From positions 1 through 38,003 of the forward strand of contig JBBTTM010000013.1 of assembly GCA_038064255.1 (NCBI GenBank): 38,003 nucleotides of DNA, read 5' to 3'. The stretch comes from Patescibacteria group bacterium (GTDB lineage Bacteria; Patescibacteriota; Microgenomatia; UBA10105; UBA927). This document shows, piece by piece, positions 25,371 to 34,855 of the stretch. Position 1 is the stretch's first letter; each line of letters begins with the position of its first letter. The position numbers and the translations under genes are program-made. The notes beneath the pieces are model-generated. The model did no database searches, was not told the origin of the DNA, and saw only the letters and a list, made by a program, of their open reading frames with translations.

Positions 25371-25654
25371 GTGAAATTCCAAACGGAAGCATGAAATCTT
25401 TTTTACTTTCCGGTAAACACGTTGCTCTTGCACACGTAGGTGACGATTTTTTTGCGGTAGACGACGTTTGTACGCATTCTCAGTGTTCCTTGGGATCCGA
25501 AGGGATGCTGGACGATAAGACTATCGTCTGCGGGTGCCATGGAGCGTCTTTTGATATAACGAGCGGCAAAGTGTTAACTCCTCCCGCAACACAGGATCTA
25601 AAATCATATCCTGTGAAAATTGACGGGGAGTCTGTATCGGTATTATTATCCTAA
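25340..25654 (+). CDS. Rieske [2Fe-2S] ferredoxin-like protein
   Basis: CTHSQCSL ... CGCHGASFD (CxH...CxxH). Overlaps the sufD end by 31 nt. Confidence 0.9.
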   Translation: MADYTKACTVSEIPNGSMKSFLLSGKHVALAHVGDDFFAVDDVCTHSQCSLGSEGMLDDKTIVCGCHGASFDITSGKVLTPPATQDLKSYPVKIDGESVSVLLS

Positions 25655-25655
25655 T

Positions 25656-26882
25656 ATGGATGTGACTTCTATCAGAAAAGATTTCCCACAGCTTAACCGT
25701 CTTATTCGAAATAAGCCCATTGTTTACCTGGATTCTACTGCTACATCTCTCAAGCCTATACAGGTATTAGAAAAAGAAGATGAGTATTATAAAAAATACT
25801 GCGCGAATATATTTCGTGGTATCTATGATACGTCAGAGGAAGCAACGGCAGAATACGAGGCGGTGCGTGAAATTACTAGTAAATTTTTTCATGCAAAAGA
25901 TGCGAACGAAATAATTTTTACACGCAATACAACAGAATCATTAAATCTTCTTGCATATAGTCTTTTTCGCGGATTTTTGCACAAAGGCGATGAGGTCGTG
26001 TCTACGCTTCTGGAGCATCATTCTAATTTTGTACCCTGGCAACAGCTATCCCCGGAATATGGAGTGACATTTAAATATATCGGGGTTACAGACGAAGGAG
26101 AGTTAGATCTAACAAGCTTGGAACGTGTAGTGACTCAGAAGACGAAGGTGTTTACATTTACCGCGGTATCAAATGTATCTGGAGCAATCGCTGATGTTTT
26201 GGATATTGCAAAGCGCGTCCGGAAGATTTCTCCCTCCTGTTTTATTATCGTTGACGCTGCTCAGGCTGCTCCGCACATGGAGATGAATGTTTCAGCATGG
26301 GGAGTGGATGCAGTGGCGTGTTCCAGTCATAAAATGTTAGGGCCAACCGGTATTGGCGTGCTTTGGGTGTCGGAAAAATCCTGGAAGTTTCTGAAGCCGT
26401 TTATGTACGGCGGCGAGATGATAAAAGCAGTGTACACTGATAAAACAGAGTTTAAAGACATGCCGCATTTGTTTGAAGCAGGGACTCCGCATATAGCAGG
26501 AGTGATCGGATTTGGAAAAGCGCTTGAATATCTCATGAATATTGGTATGGAAGAGATCCGTCGTCATGAAGTTGATCTTCTGACATATACACTGGAAAAA
26601 TTTTCTCAGTTCAAAGACATCGCCGTCATCGGTCCGAAAGATCCACACAGGCGGGGTGGGGTGATTGCATTTACGCTTAAAGGCATTCATTCTCATGATG
26701 TAGCTCAGATTTTAAATGAAGACAATATTTGTATTCGGTCCGGAAATCACTGTGCCATGCCATTTCATACTGCCATGAATATTCCATCTTCTGCCCGTAT
26801 ATCGTTTTATATTTATACAACACGCGAAGAGATCGATGTTTTTTTCAAAGGTATCGATCATGTGAGGAAAGTTTTTTCCTAA
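25656..26882 (+). CDS. sufS: Cysteine desulfurase SufS (class V aminotransferase)
   Basis: SSHKMLGPTGIG (PLP Lys) and RSGNHCA (catalytic Cys). The ATG at 25656 (MDVTSIRKDFP) directly follows the Rieske stop; the track's earlier start at 25620 overlaps that gene. Confidence 0.93.
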   Translation: MDVTSIRKDFPQLNRLIRNKPIVYLDSTATSLKPIQVLEKEDEYYKKYCANIFRGIYDTSEEATAEYEAVREITSKFFHAKDANEIIFTRNTTESLNLLAYSLFRGFLHKGDEVVSTLLEHHSNFVPWQQLSPEYGVTFKYIGVTDEGELDLTSLERVVTQKTKVFTFTAVSNVSGAIADVLDIAKRVRKISPSCFIIVDAAQAAPHMEMNVSAWGVDAVACSSHKMLGPTGIGVLWVSEKSWKFLKPFMYGGEMIKAVYTDKTEFKDMPHLFEAGTPHIAGVIGFGKALEYLMNIGMEEIRRHEVDLLTYTLEKFSQFKDIAVIGPKDPHRRGGVIAFTLKGIHSHDVAQILNEDNICIRSGNHCAMPFHTAMNIPSSARISFYIYTTREEIDVFFKGIDHVRKVFS

Positions 26883-26891
26883 TAATTCCCT

Positions 26892-27263
26892 ATGGATTTA
26901 TACAGAGAGATCGTCCTCGATCATTATAAACACCCGCGTAATTTTGGATCCCTCAGTAAAAAGACTGTCACAGTAGAGGATGGAAACGTGACCTGCGGAG
27001 ATGCGATAAGTATGGAAATATTGATTGAGGATGGTAGAGTAACAGATATTGCATTTCGTGGTGCAGGATGTGCTATCAGTATCGCTTCGGCATCGATGTT
27101 GACCGAAGAGATGAAGGGAAAGTCAGCTCACGAAGTTTTATCTATTCCGAGTGATCATGTATATACATATTTCGGAACGACGCTTACTCCGTCACGGACA
27201 AAGTGTGCGGTATTGTCTCTGGAAGTTTTACAAAAATCAATTTTAAAAGCAAAGTGCGTTTGA
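26892..27263 (+). CDS. sufU: SufU/IscU-like sulfur acceptor / scaffold
   Basis: HYKHPRNFG, NVTCGDAISM, GAGCAISIASASM and the C-terminal KCAVLS Cys. Confidence 0.9.
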   Translation: MDLYREIVLDHYKHPRNFGSLSKKTVTVEDGNVTCGDAISMEILIEDGRVTDIAFRGAGCAISIASASMLTEEMKGKSAHEVLSIPSDHVYTYFGTTLTPSRTKCAVLSLEVLQKSILKAKCV

Positions 27264-27294
27264 AGTACGGTATTTTTTTTCGTATACTCGAAAT

Positions 27295-27549
27295 ATGGAT
27301 GAAAATGACCCAAAGGTAAAAAGAAAAATCCGTGGCTACGAAATGCGGATCGACCGGGATCTGTGTATCGGTGCGGCTACGTGTATTGCTATCGCTCCTA
27401 AGGCATGGGTCTTGGATGATGAAGCAAAGGCAGTCATATTAGACACAGCAGAAGAAGAGACCGACCAGACGCTCCTGGAAGCGGCCAAAGGGTGTCCTGT
27501 CATGGCGATATTTATAACCGATAACGACGGGAATCAAGTTTTTCCCTAA
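27295..27549 (+). CDS. Small single-cluster ferredoxin (3-Cys, CxxAxxC...CP pattern)
   Basis: DRDLCIGAATCIAIAP ... KGCPVMAI, 84 aa, immediately upstream of the oxidoreductase genes. Confidence 0.8.
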   Translation: MDENDPKVKRKIRGYEMRIDRDLCIGAATCIAIAPKAWVLDDEAKAVILDTAEEETDQTLLEAAKGCPVMAIFITDNDGNQVFP

Positions 27550-27585
27550 TGGCGTGAATTTATTCTCTCTATCGACTAATTATTT

Positions 27586-29334
27586 ATGGATACACGATCT
27601 ACCGTAACATGGAAAATCGGTGGCGAGGCCGGGTATGGCATTATCTCTTCCGGCACTATGCTGGCTCGGTCATGCACGAGGCTCGGGTACCACATATTTG
27701 TTACAAACGAATACCCCTCTCTTATCCGTGGTGGACACAACATCGTCACGGTAAAAATTTCATCCTCACCATTTCATGCACTCGATGAAGATCTTCACAT
27801 ACTTGTCGCATTAAATAAAGAAACATTGGAGCTGCATAAAGATGAGTTGCTTCCCGGTGCTGTTGTTGTTTTTGATCCCAAAGATACCGATGGATCTGAG
27901 CTTAAAACCCGCGACGTTGCCCTCTGTCCGGTTCCCTTTTTTGAAATCACGAAGTCTTTCAATGGCGAGCCGGTTATGAGAAATACTGTGGCCCTCGGCG
28001 CAACTGTTGCATTTTTAGGATTACCCGCTGAAACGCTTTTGGAGGTTATCAAAGATCAATTTGAGCATAAGGGTTCAGAAGTCATGGCTCATAATCAGGA
28101 AATTGCGCGCGCCGGTTATGATTATGTGATTTCAAAGTATTCAACCGTCACGTTTGCAAAATTAAAGACTACTCAAAAATCAGAAGATCAACTTATCATA
28201 AACGGGAGCGAAGTATTTGGAGTCGCGGCGGTTCGTGCAGGGTTAAAATTTGCAGCTATCTATCCGATGACGCCTATCAATGCGATCATTTCTTTTCTTG
28301 CCGATCACGCCAAATCATTAGGCATTGTGTATAAACAACCAGAAGATGAGATCGCAGGGATAAATATGGCTCTCGGTGCGTCTCTTGCAGGAGTGAGAAG
28401 CATGGTAGCAACTTCAGGCGGAGGCTTTGCACTTATGACAGAAGGGCTATCTCTTGCGGGAATGTTAGAGCTTCCAGTTGTCGTAGATCTTGGCATGAGA
28501 GTCGGACCCGCTACCGGTATGCCTACGTGGACAGAACAGGGAGAGCTTCAATTTGCTATTCATTCGGGACAAGGAGAATTTCCCAAAATCGTGTTGGCAC
28601 CGGGGAACGCCAGGCAAATTTTTTCCTGTGTCGTAGAAGCGTTTCATCTGGCAGACAAGTTTCAGATTCCGGTCATCGTTCTCACCGATAAATATATGAA
28701 TGAAAGCCAGTGGTGTGTGCCAAAGAGTGTTTTTTCGGGTGATATCGTCATAGACCGGGGGAAAATGGTTCATGCTCTCGATCTCGGAAAAGAGATATTT
28801 AAACGATATGATCTAAGCGTTCCGGATGGTGTCTCACCCCGAAGCATACCAGGTATGAAAGGCGGTCAGTTTTTTGCAAATTCTTACGAACATGATGAGA
28901 TTGGGTATGTGACAGAAGAACCGGCAGTACGGGAAAAAATGGCACAGAAACGGCTTTTAAAATTTCAGTCAATTCAAAAAGTAGTCCGTCCACCGGATGT
29001 ATATGGTGATCCAAAATCGGAGATTGCCCTTACCTGTTTTGGTTCGACGGTTGGTGCAGTACTCGATGCACTTGAGAGTGTGCAGTATATTGTCAGTGGA
29101 AAATCAGTGAAACTTCTTCATTTTACCTGGTGTTTTCCGTTTCCGACCGAATCCGTAACGGAGTTACTTTCCGATGTAAAGACGATTATCGATATAGAAC
29201 AAAATGGTACATCCCAACTTGCTTCACTCATACGTGAATATACGGGTATTGCGTGCACACATAAGATTACGCGGTTTAGCGGACGCCCGTTTACCCCAAA
29301 GACTGTGTTGGAAGCAGTAATACAGAATTTATAA
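27586..29334 (+). CDS. 2-oxoacid:ferredoxin oxidoreductase, fused gamma/alpha subunit
   Basis: N-terminal gamma-like GGEAGYGIISSG...EYPSLIRGGHN, then the alpha-domain YPMTPIN and EDEIAGINMALGAS. Confidence 0.88.
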   Translation: MDTRSTVTWKIGGEAGYGIISSGTMLARSCTRLGYHIFVTNEYPSLIRGGHNIVTVKISSSPFHALDEDLHILVALNKETLELHKDELLPGAVVVFDPKDTDGSELKTRDVALCPVPFFEITKSFNGEPVMRNTVALGATVAFLGLPAETLLEVIKDQFEHKGSEVMAHNQEIARAGYDYVISKYSTVTFAKLKTTQKSEDQLIINGSEVFGVAAVRAGLKFAAIYPMTPINAIISFLADHAKSLGIVYKQPEDEIAGINMALGASLAGVRSMVATSGGGFALMTEGLSLAGMLELPVVVDLGMRVGPATGMPTWTEQGELQFAIHSGQGEFPKIVLAPGNARQIFSCVVEAFHLADKFQIPVIVLTDKYMNESQWCVPKSVFSGDIVIDRGKMVHALDLGKEIFKRYDLSVPDGVSPRSIPGMKGGQFFANSYEHDEIGYVTEEPAVREKMAQKRLLKFQSIQKVVRPPDVYGDPKSEIALTCFGSTVGAVLDALESVQYIVSGKSVKLLHFTWCFPFPTESVTELLSDVKTIIDIEQNGTSQLASLIREYTGIACTHKITRFSGRPFTPKTVLEAVIQNL

Positions 29335-29344
29335 TAAAACAAAT

Positions 29345-30220
29345 ATGGACGAAACTAAAAAAATAGTATCAACAGAAGAATTTAAAACACATATTTTGCC
29401 GACCTGGTGTCCGGGGTGTGGAGATTTTGGCATCTGGACATCTCTCAAGTCTGCATTAAGTGGGCTTTCCATCGGCTCAGATGATGCTCTTCTTATTTAT
29501 GGTATAGGATGTCATGGCAATATGTATAGCTGGATGAAGACGTACGGGTTTACCGGTTTACACGGTCGTACGCTTCCGGTGGCGCAGGGAGTGAAAGTAT
29601 CCAATCATGAATTGCCGGTGATCGCGATTGCAGGGGATGGGGATTGTCTTGGCGAAGGCGGAAATCACCTCATTCACGCGGCAAAAAGAAATCCGGACAT
29701 CACGCTTATCCTTCATGATAATCAGGTATACGGACTTACGACGGGTCAGGCATCGCCGACGGCAAAGGTTGGGTTTAAAACTAAATCTACTCCCGAAGGC
29801 GTGACAGATGAACCGATTAATCCCCTTACGCTTGCACTTACCGCTGGGGCGACATTTATCGCCCGGGGATTTGCCGGAGATATTCCTGGTCTTACAAAAC
29901 TCATGCAGGAAGCGATACTTCATAAAGGTTTTTCTATCGTAGACGTGCTCCAGCCGTGTGTCAGTTTTGACAAAATTCATACCTATCAGTGGTATAGACA
30001 ACGACTATATTCTTTGGAAAAAGAAGGATATGTTCCGGACAATAAAATAGAAGCCTTTAAGCGAGCCCTGGAGTGGGAGGAAAAGATTCCGTTTGGAGTA
30101 TTTTATAAAGAAGATAGGATGACGAGTGAGGAGCGCGAGAGTGCGCTTGCTTCCGGTCCGCTGATAAAATCTCCCGTGGGTGTGAAAGACGTGGAGGCTC
30201 TTCTTTGTGAGTTTATCTGA
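29345..30220 (+). CDS. 2-oxoacid:ferredoxin oxidoreductase, beta (TPP-binding) subunit
   Basis: WCPGCGDFGI, GIGCHG, and the IAGDGDCLGEGGNHLIHAAKRN TPP motif. Confidence 0.9.
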   Translation: MDETKKIVSTEEFKTHILPTWCPGCGDFGIWTSLKSALSGLSIGSDDALLIYGIGCHGNMYSWMKTYGFTGLHGRTLPVAQGVKVSNHELPVIAIAGDGDCLGEGGNHLIHAAKRNPDITLILHDNQVYGLTTGQASPTAKVGFKTKSTPEGVTDEPINPLTLALTAGATFIARGFAGDIPGLTKLMQEAILHKGFSIVDVLQPCVSFDKIHTYQWYRQRLYSLEKEGYVPDNKIEAFKRALEWEEKIPFGVFYKEDRMTSEERESALASGPLIKSPVGVKDVEALLCEFI

Positions 30221-30231
30221 TAAATTCATGC

Positions 30232-30270
30232 TTGACGAATATATTGGCACTAGATATACTAGAGTGCTAA
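30232..30270 (+). promoter_or_regulatory. Sigma70-like promoter overlapped by a CIRCE-like (HrcA operator) inverted repeat upstream of lon
   Basis: TTGACG (30232-30237), a 17-nt spacer, TATACT (30255-30260). TTGGCACTA-N9-GAGTGCTAA (30244-30270) against the consensus TTAGCACTC-N9-GAGTGCTAA: right arm perfect, left arm 7/9. Confidence 0.7.
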
Positions 30271-30360
30271 TATCTCGTTTCTAAATAATTTCATAATTAT
30301 TTAGAATTACGGAGATTAGTGGCGCATACAGCGCCCTAATATGTTGATTCTTACAATATT

Positions 30361-32796
30361 ATGACAACGTTTCTACAAACAACAGAACAATCTCTTCCCG
30401 TTGTCCCGATACGGGATGGTATCGTATTCCCGGGCACAGAGATGATTCTGACGTTCGGAAGACAGCGGTCGGTGAGCGCCATAGAAGCCGCATACGCAAG
30501 CGGTAAAAAAGTCATTCTCTCCATGCAAAGAAATGCAAACATCAATGATCCGACCCCATCGGATTTGTATCAGATTGCAACAGTGGCAGAGATCATGCAG
30601 ATGATGAAAAACGAAGGGGAGATAAATGCATTGGTCAGGGGAGTTTCAAAAGCGGAGATTATCTCCTATGACGCGATAGAGCCATTTTTCGTCGCGAGGG
30701 TAGTCGAGATCGGAGATATAAACGAAGAATCAGATGAAGTAAAGGCATTGTCCCATCATCTGACGACCGAGATTCGCAAAGCGGTGAACCTCGGCAAATC
30801 CATGGATTTTCTCACGTTTATGAATATTATGTCCGGTATTACCCCGCTGCAGCTTTCATATCAGGCGGCAAGCATACTCGATATAAAGCCGTCTGAGCGT
30901 CAGGAACTTCTCGAACTAGGTTCTATCCGGGACCGTCTGGAAAAAGAGATAATGTATCTTTCCCGAGAGACGCAGATCCTGGAACTCGAGAAAAAAATTG
31001 CAAACAAAACACAGGAAAAATTTGAAAAAAATGTCAAAGAGCAGGTGCTCCGAGAGAGGATAAAGACGATCGAAAAAGAACTCGGTGAGGGCGATGAAAA
31101 CAAAGAGTACAAAGAGCTCGCGGATAAGATAAAAAAAGCACTCCTTCCGACAGACGTACGCGCGAAAGCGGAGAAAGAACTGTCACGGCTCACTCAGATG
31201 TCACCGTATAATCCGGAAGCATCATATCTTCGTACATATCTCGACTGGATCATAGAGCTTCCGTGGGGTATTTCAAGTCCGAATAACGTCAATACTACCG
31301 AAGCCCACGCGGTACTCGACGAAGATCATTACGGACTTCAGAAAATGAAAGAGAGAATTCTTGAATATCTCGCAGTTATGAAGCTTCGGTCTCTGATGGT
31401 CGAAGAGACGAAAGAAGAGTCTGTCGTAGATGAGAAAAATAAAGGGAAAGAGCCGAGACTTGAGGGAAAGAAAAAAGGCAAATCAGCACCGACCATACTC
31501 TGTTTTGTCGGTCCACCCGGAGTCGGGAAGACATCTATCGGTAAATCCATAGCCCGTGCACTTGGAAGAAAATTTGTCAAAGTGTCGCTTGGAGGCATAC
31601 GGGATGAAGCGGAAATCCGCGGACATAGGCGGACATATGTCGGAGCTCTTCCGGGGAGAATCATACAGGGTATTAAAACTGCAGGGACGAAAAATCCCGT
31701 CTTTATGCTGGATGAGATAGACAAAGTTGGCGCGGATTTCCGTGGTGATCCGTCAGCGGCGCTTCTGGAGGCGTTAGATCCGGAACAGAATACTGCATTT
31801 TCTGATCATTATCTGGAAGTTTCATTTGATCTTTCCGATGTATTTTTTATCACTACCTGTAATTTACTCGACACTATTCCTCCGGCTCTTCGGGATAGGC
31901 TAGAAATTATTCAGTTTCCGGGGTATACGGAGGAGGAAAAATTTCATATAGGAAAAGATTTTCTGTCAGATAAACTTCGGGATCTTCACGGAATTCCAAA
32001 AAATACCGTAGACATTCATGACGACGCGTTTTATGAAATTATCAGGAAGTATACGAGGGAAGCAGGAGTGAGAAATCTCGAACGTCAATTAGCAACACTC
32101 TATAGAAAAATAGCAAAGAAAATTGTAGAAGCCAAAGAAACCGATCCGAAATCGTTTGCCGTATCATCTAAGGATCTTCATGGATATCTCGGTCCGTATA
32201 AATTTGCATCGTCGCTCGCTGAAACAAAAGATGAGATCGGCATGTCTACCGGGCTTGCCTGGACAGAAGCGGGAGGGGACATTCTTTTTATAGAGGTAGC
32301 CCTCATGCCGGGACGGGGGAGCCTGATTCTTACAGGTCAGCTCGGAGACGTGATGAAAGAATCAGGACAGGCTGCTCTTTCCTATGTCCGGAGCAAATGG
32401 AAAGAACTTGGACTCAATGAAAAGTTTTATCAGAAGATTGATATTCACGTTCATGTTCCTGAGGGAGCAGTACCCAAAGACGGACCGTCAGCCGGAGCCG
32501 CAATTGCAACGTCTATTGTTTCTGCACTGACCAAGGTACCGATCAAGCGCGTAGTAGCCATGACAGGTGAGATTACGCTTCGCGGGAGAGTACTTGAAAT
32601 CGGCGGAGTGAAAGAAAAAGTTATTGCTGCACACAGAGCAGGGATAAAGATCGTCATTATGCCAAAAAATAATAAAAAAGACCTCGAAGATATACCGGAG
32701 ATCATATCAAAAGAACTGGAGTTTCATTTTGTCGAACACATGGACGAGGTGCTCGCAGTTGCGCTGTCAAAGAAACTCCTAAAAAAGCGGGTATAA
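30361..32796 (+). CDS. lon: ATP-dependent Lon protease (LonA)
   Basis: LON N-domain (LPVVPIRDGIVFPG), GPPGVGKTS, MLDEIDK, and the protease domain DGPSAGAA ... GGVKEK. Confidence 0.95.
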   Translation: MTTFLQTTEQSLPVVPIRDGIVFPGTEMILTFGRQRSVSAIEAAYASGKKVILSMQRNANINDPTPSDLYQIATVAEIMQMMKNEGEINALVRGVSKAEIISYDAIEPFFVARVVEIGDINEESDEVKALSHHLTTEIRKAVNLGKSMDFLTFMNIMSGITPLQLSYQAASILDIKPSERQELLELGSIRDRLEKEIMYLSRETQILELEKKIANKTQEKFEKNVKEQVLRERIKTIEKELGEGDENKEYKELADKIKKALLPTDVRAKAEKELSRLTQMSPYNPEASYLRTYLDWIIELPWGISSPNNVNTTEAHAVLDEDHYGLQKMKERILEYLAVMKLRSLMVEETKEESVVDEKNKGKEPRLEGKKKGKSAPTILCFVGPPGVGKTSIGKSIARALGRKFVKVSLGGIRDEAEIRGHRRTYVGALPGRIIQGIKTAGTKNPVFMLDEIDKVGADFRGDPSAALLEALDPEQNTAFSDHYLEVSFDLSDVFFITTCNLLDTIPPALRDRLEIIQFPGYTEEEKFHIGKDFLSDKLRDLHGIPKNTVDIHDDAFYEIIRKYTREAGVRNLERQLATLYRKIAKKIVEAKETDPKSFAVSSKDLHGYLGPYKFASSLAETKDEIGMSTGLAWTEAGGDILFIEVALMPGRGSLILTGQLGDVMKESGQAALSYVRSKWKELGLNEKFYQKIDIHVHVPEGAVPKDGPSAGAAIATSIVSALTKVPIKRVVAMTGEITLRGRVLEIGGVKEKVIAAHRAGIKIVIMPKNNKKDLEDIPEIISKELEFHFVEHMDEVLAVALSKKLLKKRV

Positions 32797-32800
32797 GACA

Positions 32801-33754
32801 TTAGTCGTTTATCATAAAGTCGTAGATTTGTTTTGAGACTTCTCCGATGACTTTGCTCCCATCGGTTTCATCCAGTGTGCCCTTGGTCAGGATTCCGACG
32901 TAATAGGTGGTTTTCGGAGTTGAGACTATGCCTATGTCATGGATCTCTCCTAAAGCAGTACCGATTTTATGGTAGACGACGGCATCTTTCGGGAGGAGCA
33001 CCGGCAATCTGTCTTCGTATGCGGTGTTTTTCATAAATCCGAAAATTTCCTGAGTATATTTTGAGTTTACTATTGCCCCGTCGGAAAGTTTTTTGAAGAG
33101 AAACGCCATGTCGTAATTCGTTGTTGTATTATCATCCATGCTCGTAGATATCAGTCCGAGAGATTCTATTTTTTTTTGGATGACGGACAGACCCAATACT
33201 TTCGATCCGAGTACATGCGCTGCGGTATTATCGCTTTCGTTTATCATGAGTCGAGCTAAGGTTTTCAGAGTATATATGCCTCCGGAACCTTCATATTGTA
33301 AGCTCCCTGTGCCGTACGCTTGTATGTCATCTGCCTGAATCGTTGCAGTGTCTTCAAGTTTCAGGTTTTCGCGTTGCACTGCATCATACAGTGTCACGAC
33401 AATCGGAAGCTTATTGATAGAAGCGGCTGTAAATATTAGAGAATCATTTATCCGGAGAGAAAAGTCTTCAGCATATGATTGGACGACAACTGAATATGTA
33501 TCAAATTTTTTCGAAAGAATCCCGGAGACTATTTTTTTGAGAGTATCCGAATTTTTTTTCTTCGGAAATAATATTTTGACTTTTTGTTCACTTGTAAAGT
33601 TTTTAGAAAACGGTGTGACTGTTTCTGTTTTCCTAAGTGTCCGTACGAGGAAAAACAAAGAACCGATGGTTAAAAACAAAAATAGAAATCCGATGAAAAT
33701 GTGAAGATAGTTTCTTTGAGGCATTTTTCCATATTGTTTTACATATAAGGACAT
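32801..33754 (-). CDS. Membrane-anchored class A beta-lactamase-like serine hydrolase
   Basis: N-terminal TM, SINK (SxxK), ESDNTAA (SDN) and HKIGT (a KTG variant). Confidence 0.75.
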   Translation of the reverse strand: MSLYVKQYGKMPQRNYLHIFIGFLFLFLTIGSLFFLVRTLRKTETVTPFSKNFTSEQKVKILFPKKKNSDTLKKIVSGILSKKFDTYSVVVQSYAEDFSLRINDSLIFTAASINKLPIVVTLYDAVQRENLKLEDTATIQADDIQAYGTGSLQYEGSGGIYTLKTLARLMINESDNTAAHVLGSKVLGLSVIQKKIESLGLISTSMDDNTTTNYDMAFLFKKLSDGAIVNSKYTQEIFGFMKNTAYEDRLPVLLPKDAVVYHKIGTALGEIHDIGIVSTPKTTYYVGILTKGTLDETDGSKVIGEVSKQIYDFMIND

Positions 33755-33799
33755 GTTCGAAGTATATCAAGATGCGATCTATCCCGCTATACTGATTCC

Positions 33800-34480
33800 A
33801 TGAAAGATGAGAAAGACGAGTTGACGATAGATATTCTCAAGCGGGGGAATCGCAGTTCCGTATCGCTTCATATTACCCGTGACGGAAAACTTGAAGTCCG
33901 TGCCCCGTATTTAGTTCCGCTTTTTATGATCCGGCGGTTTGTTTCGTCCAAGCGTGAATGGATTGTTCGGACAAAGGAAAAGATGCAGCATCATAAAAAG
34001 AGCAAAATCGTGGACTATGAAGACGGTGCAATTCTTTCCCTTGCCGGAGAGAAATATATAGTGAAACTTACTGACGGATCGGCAATTCTGAAAGTCGGAA
34101 CGCTTCTCTGTTTTCCAAAGAAATTTTTATCGAAAGCTTCATTTCATTTTTCGCTGTGGGCAAGAAAAGAGGCAAAGAAAATTTTGTTGGCACGGACAAA
34201 ACTGTATGCGGAAATTATGGGTGTATCATTTACTCGGGTGTCTATACGGGATACGTCGTCACGGTGGGGATCGTGTAGTAGGACCGGGTCGATAAATTAT
34301 TGTTGGAGACTTATTCTTGCCGATATTCTTGTCTTGGATTATGTCGTGATCCATGAGTTGAGTCATATTTCACATCATAATCATGGGAAAGAGTTCTGGA
34401 GGAGAGTGGAAAAATTTTGTCCGCTCTACAAAATTCACCGCAAATGGCTTAAGGATTATGGCGACACGCTCACTGTATAA
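33800..34480 (+). CDS. YgjP-like (DUF45) zinc metallopeptidase
   Basis: RWGSCS ... HELSHISHHNHGKEFW (HExxH plus a downstream E). Confidence 0.85.
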   Translation: MKDEKDELTIDILKRGNRSSVSLHITRDGKLEVRAPYLVPLFMIRRFVSSKREWIVRTKEKMQHHKKSKIVDYEDGAILSLAGEKYIVKLTDGSAILKVGTLLCFPKKFLSKASFHFSLWARKEAKKILLARTKLYAEIMGVSFTRVSIRDTSSRWGSCSRTGSINYCWRLILADILVLDYVVIHELSHISHHNHGKEFWRRVEKFCPLYKIHRKWLKDYGDTLTV

Positions 34481-34489
34481 TATTATAAT

Positions 34490-34855
34490 ATGAAATCGCA
34501 CTTACAGTTTGCCAGGAGACTTGTGAATCTTATGGATACCAAATTTAGTATTTTTGGTATCCGGTTCGGGATTGATCCGATCCTCGATTTCTGGCCGTGG
34601 TTTGGGAGCTTTGTAGGAGTGTTTGTTTCCTGTTACCTTTTCTTTATAGCTTACAAACTCCATGTTCCAACAAAGGTATACCTCAAGATGAGTTGGCATA
34701 TCTTACTTGATTTTCTTTTCGGAGAATTGCCGTTCATCGGATTTATCTTTGATCTTTTCTACCGTGCAAATGAAAAAAATCTTGCGCTGCTGACTCTTTT
34801 TGTTGATCCGGAAGTCCTCGAAGGCGTCGTTATAGACGAATCTCTTGATTCATAA
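34490..34855 (+). CDS. DUF4112-family small membrane protein
   Basis: FGIRFGIDPILDFWPWFGSFVG followed by two TM segments. Confidence 0.75.
   Translation: MKSHLQFARRLVNLMDTKFSIFGIRFGIDPILDFWPWFGSFVGVFVSCYLFFIAYKLHVPTKVYLKMSWHILLDFLFGELPFIGFIFDLFYRANEKNLALLTLFVDPEVLEGVVIDESLDS

Noticed and set aside
25620-25655. Upstream start (MTGSLYRYYYPN) for sufS, and the TTG start at 24702 for sufD.
   Set aside because: The sufS extension overlaps the Rieske gene end. The sufD extension lies in the palindromic insert. Downstream ATGs give N-termini typical of the families.
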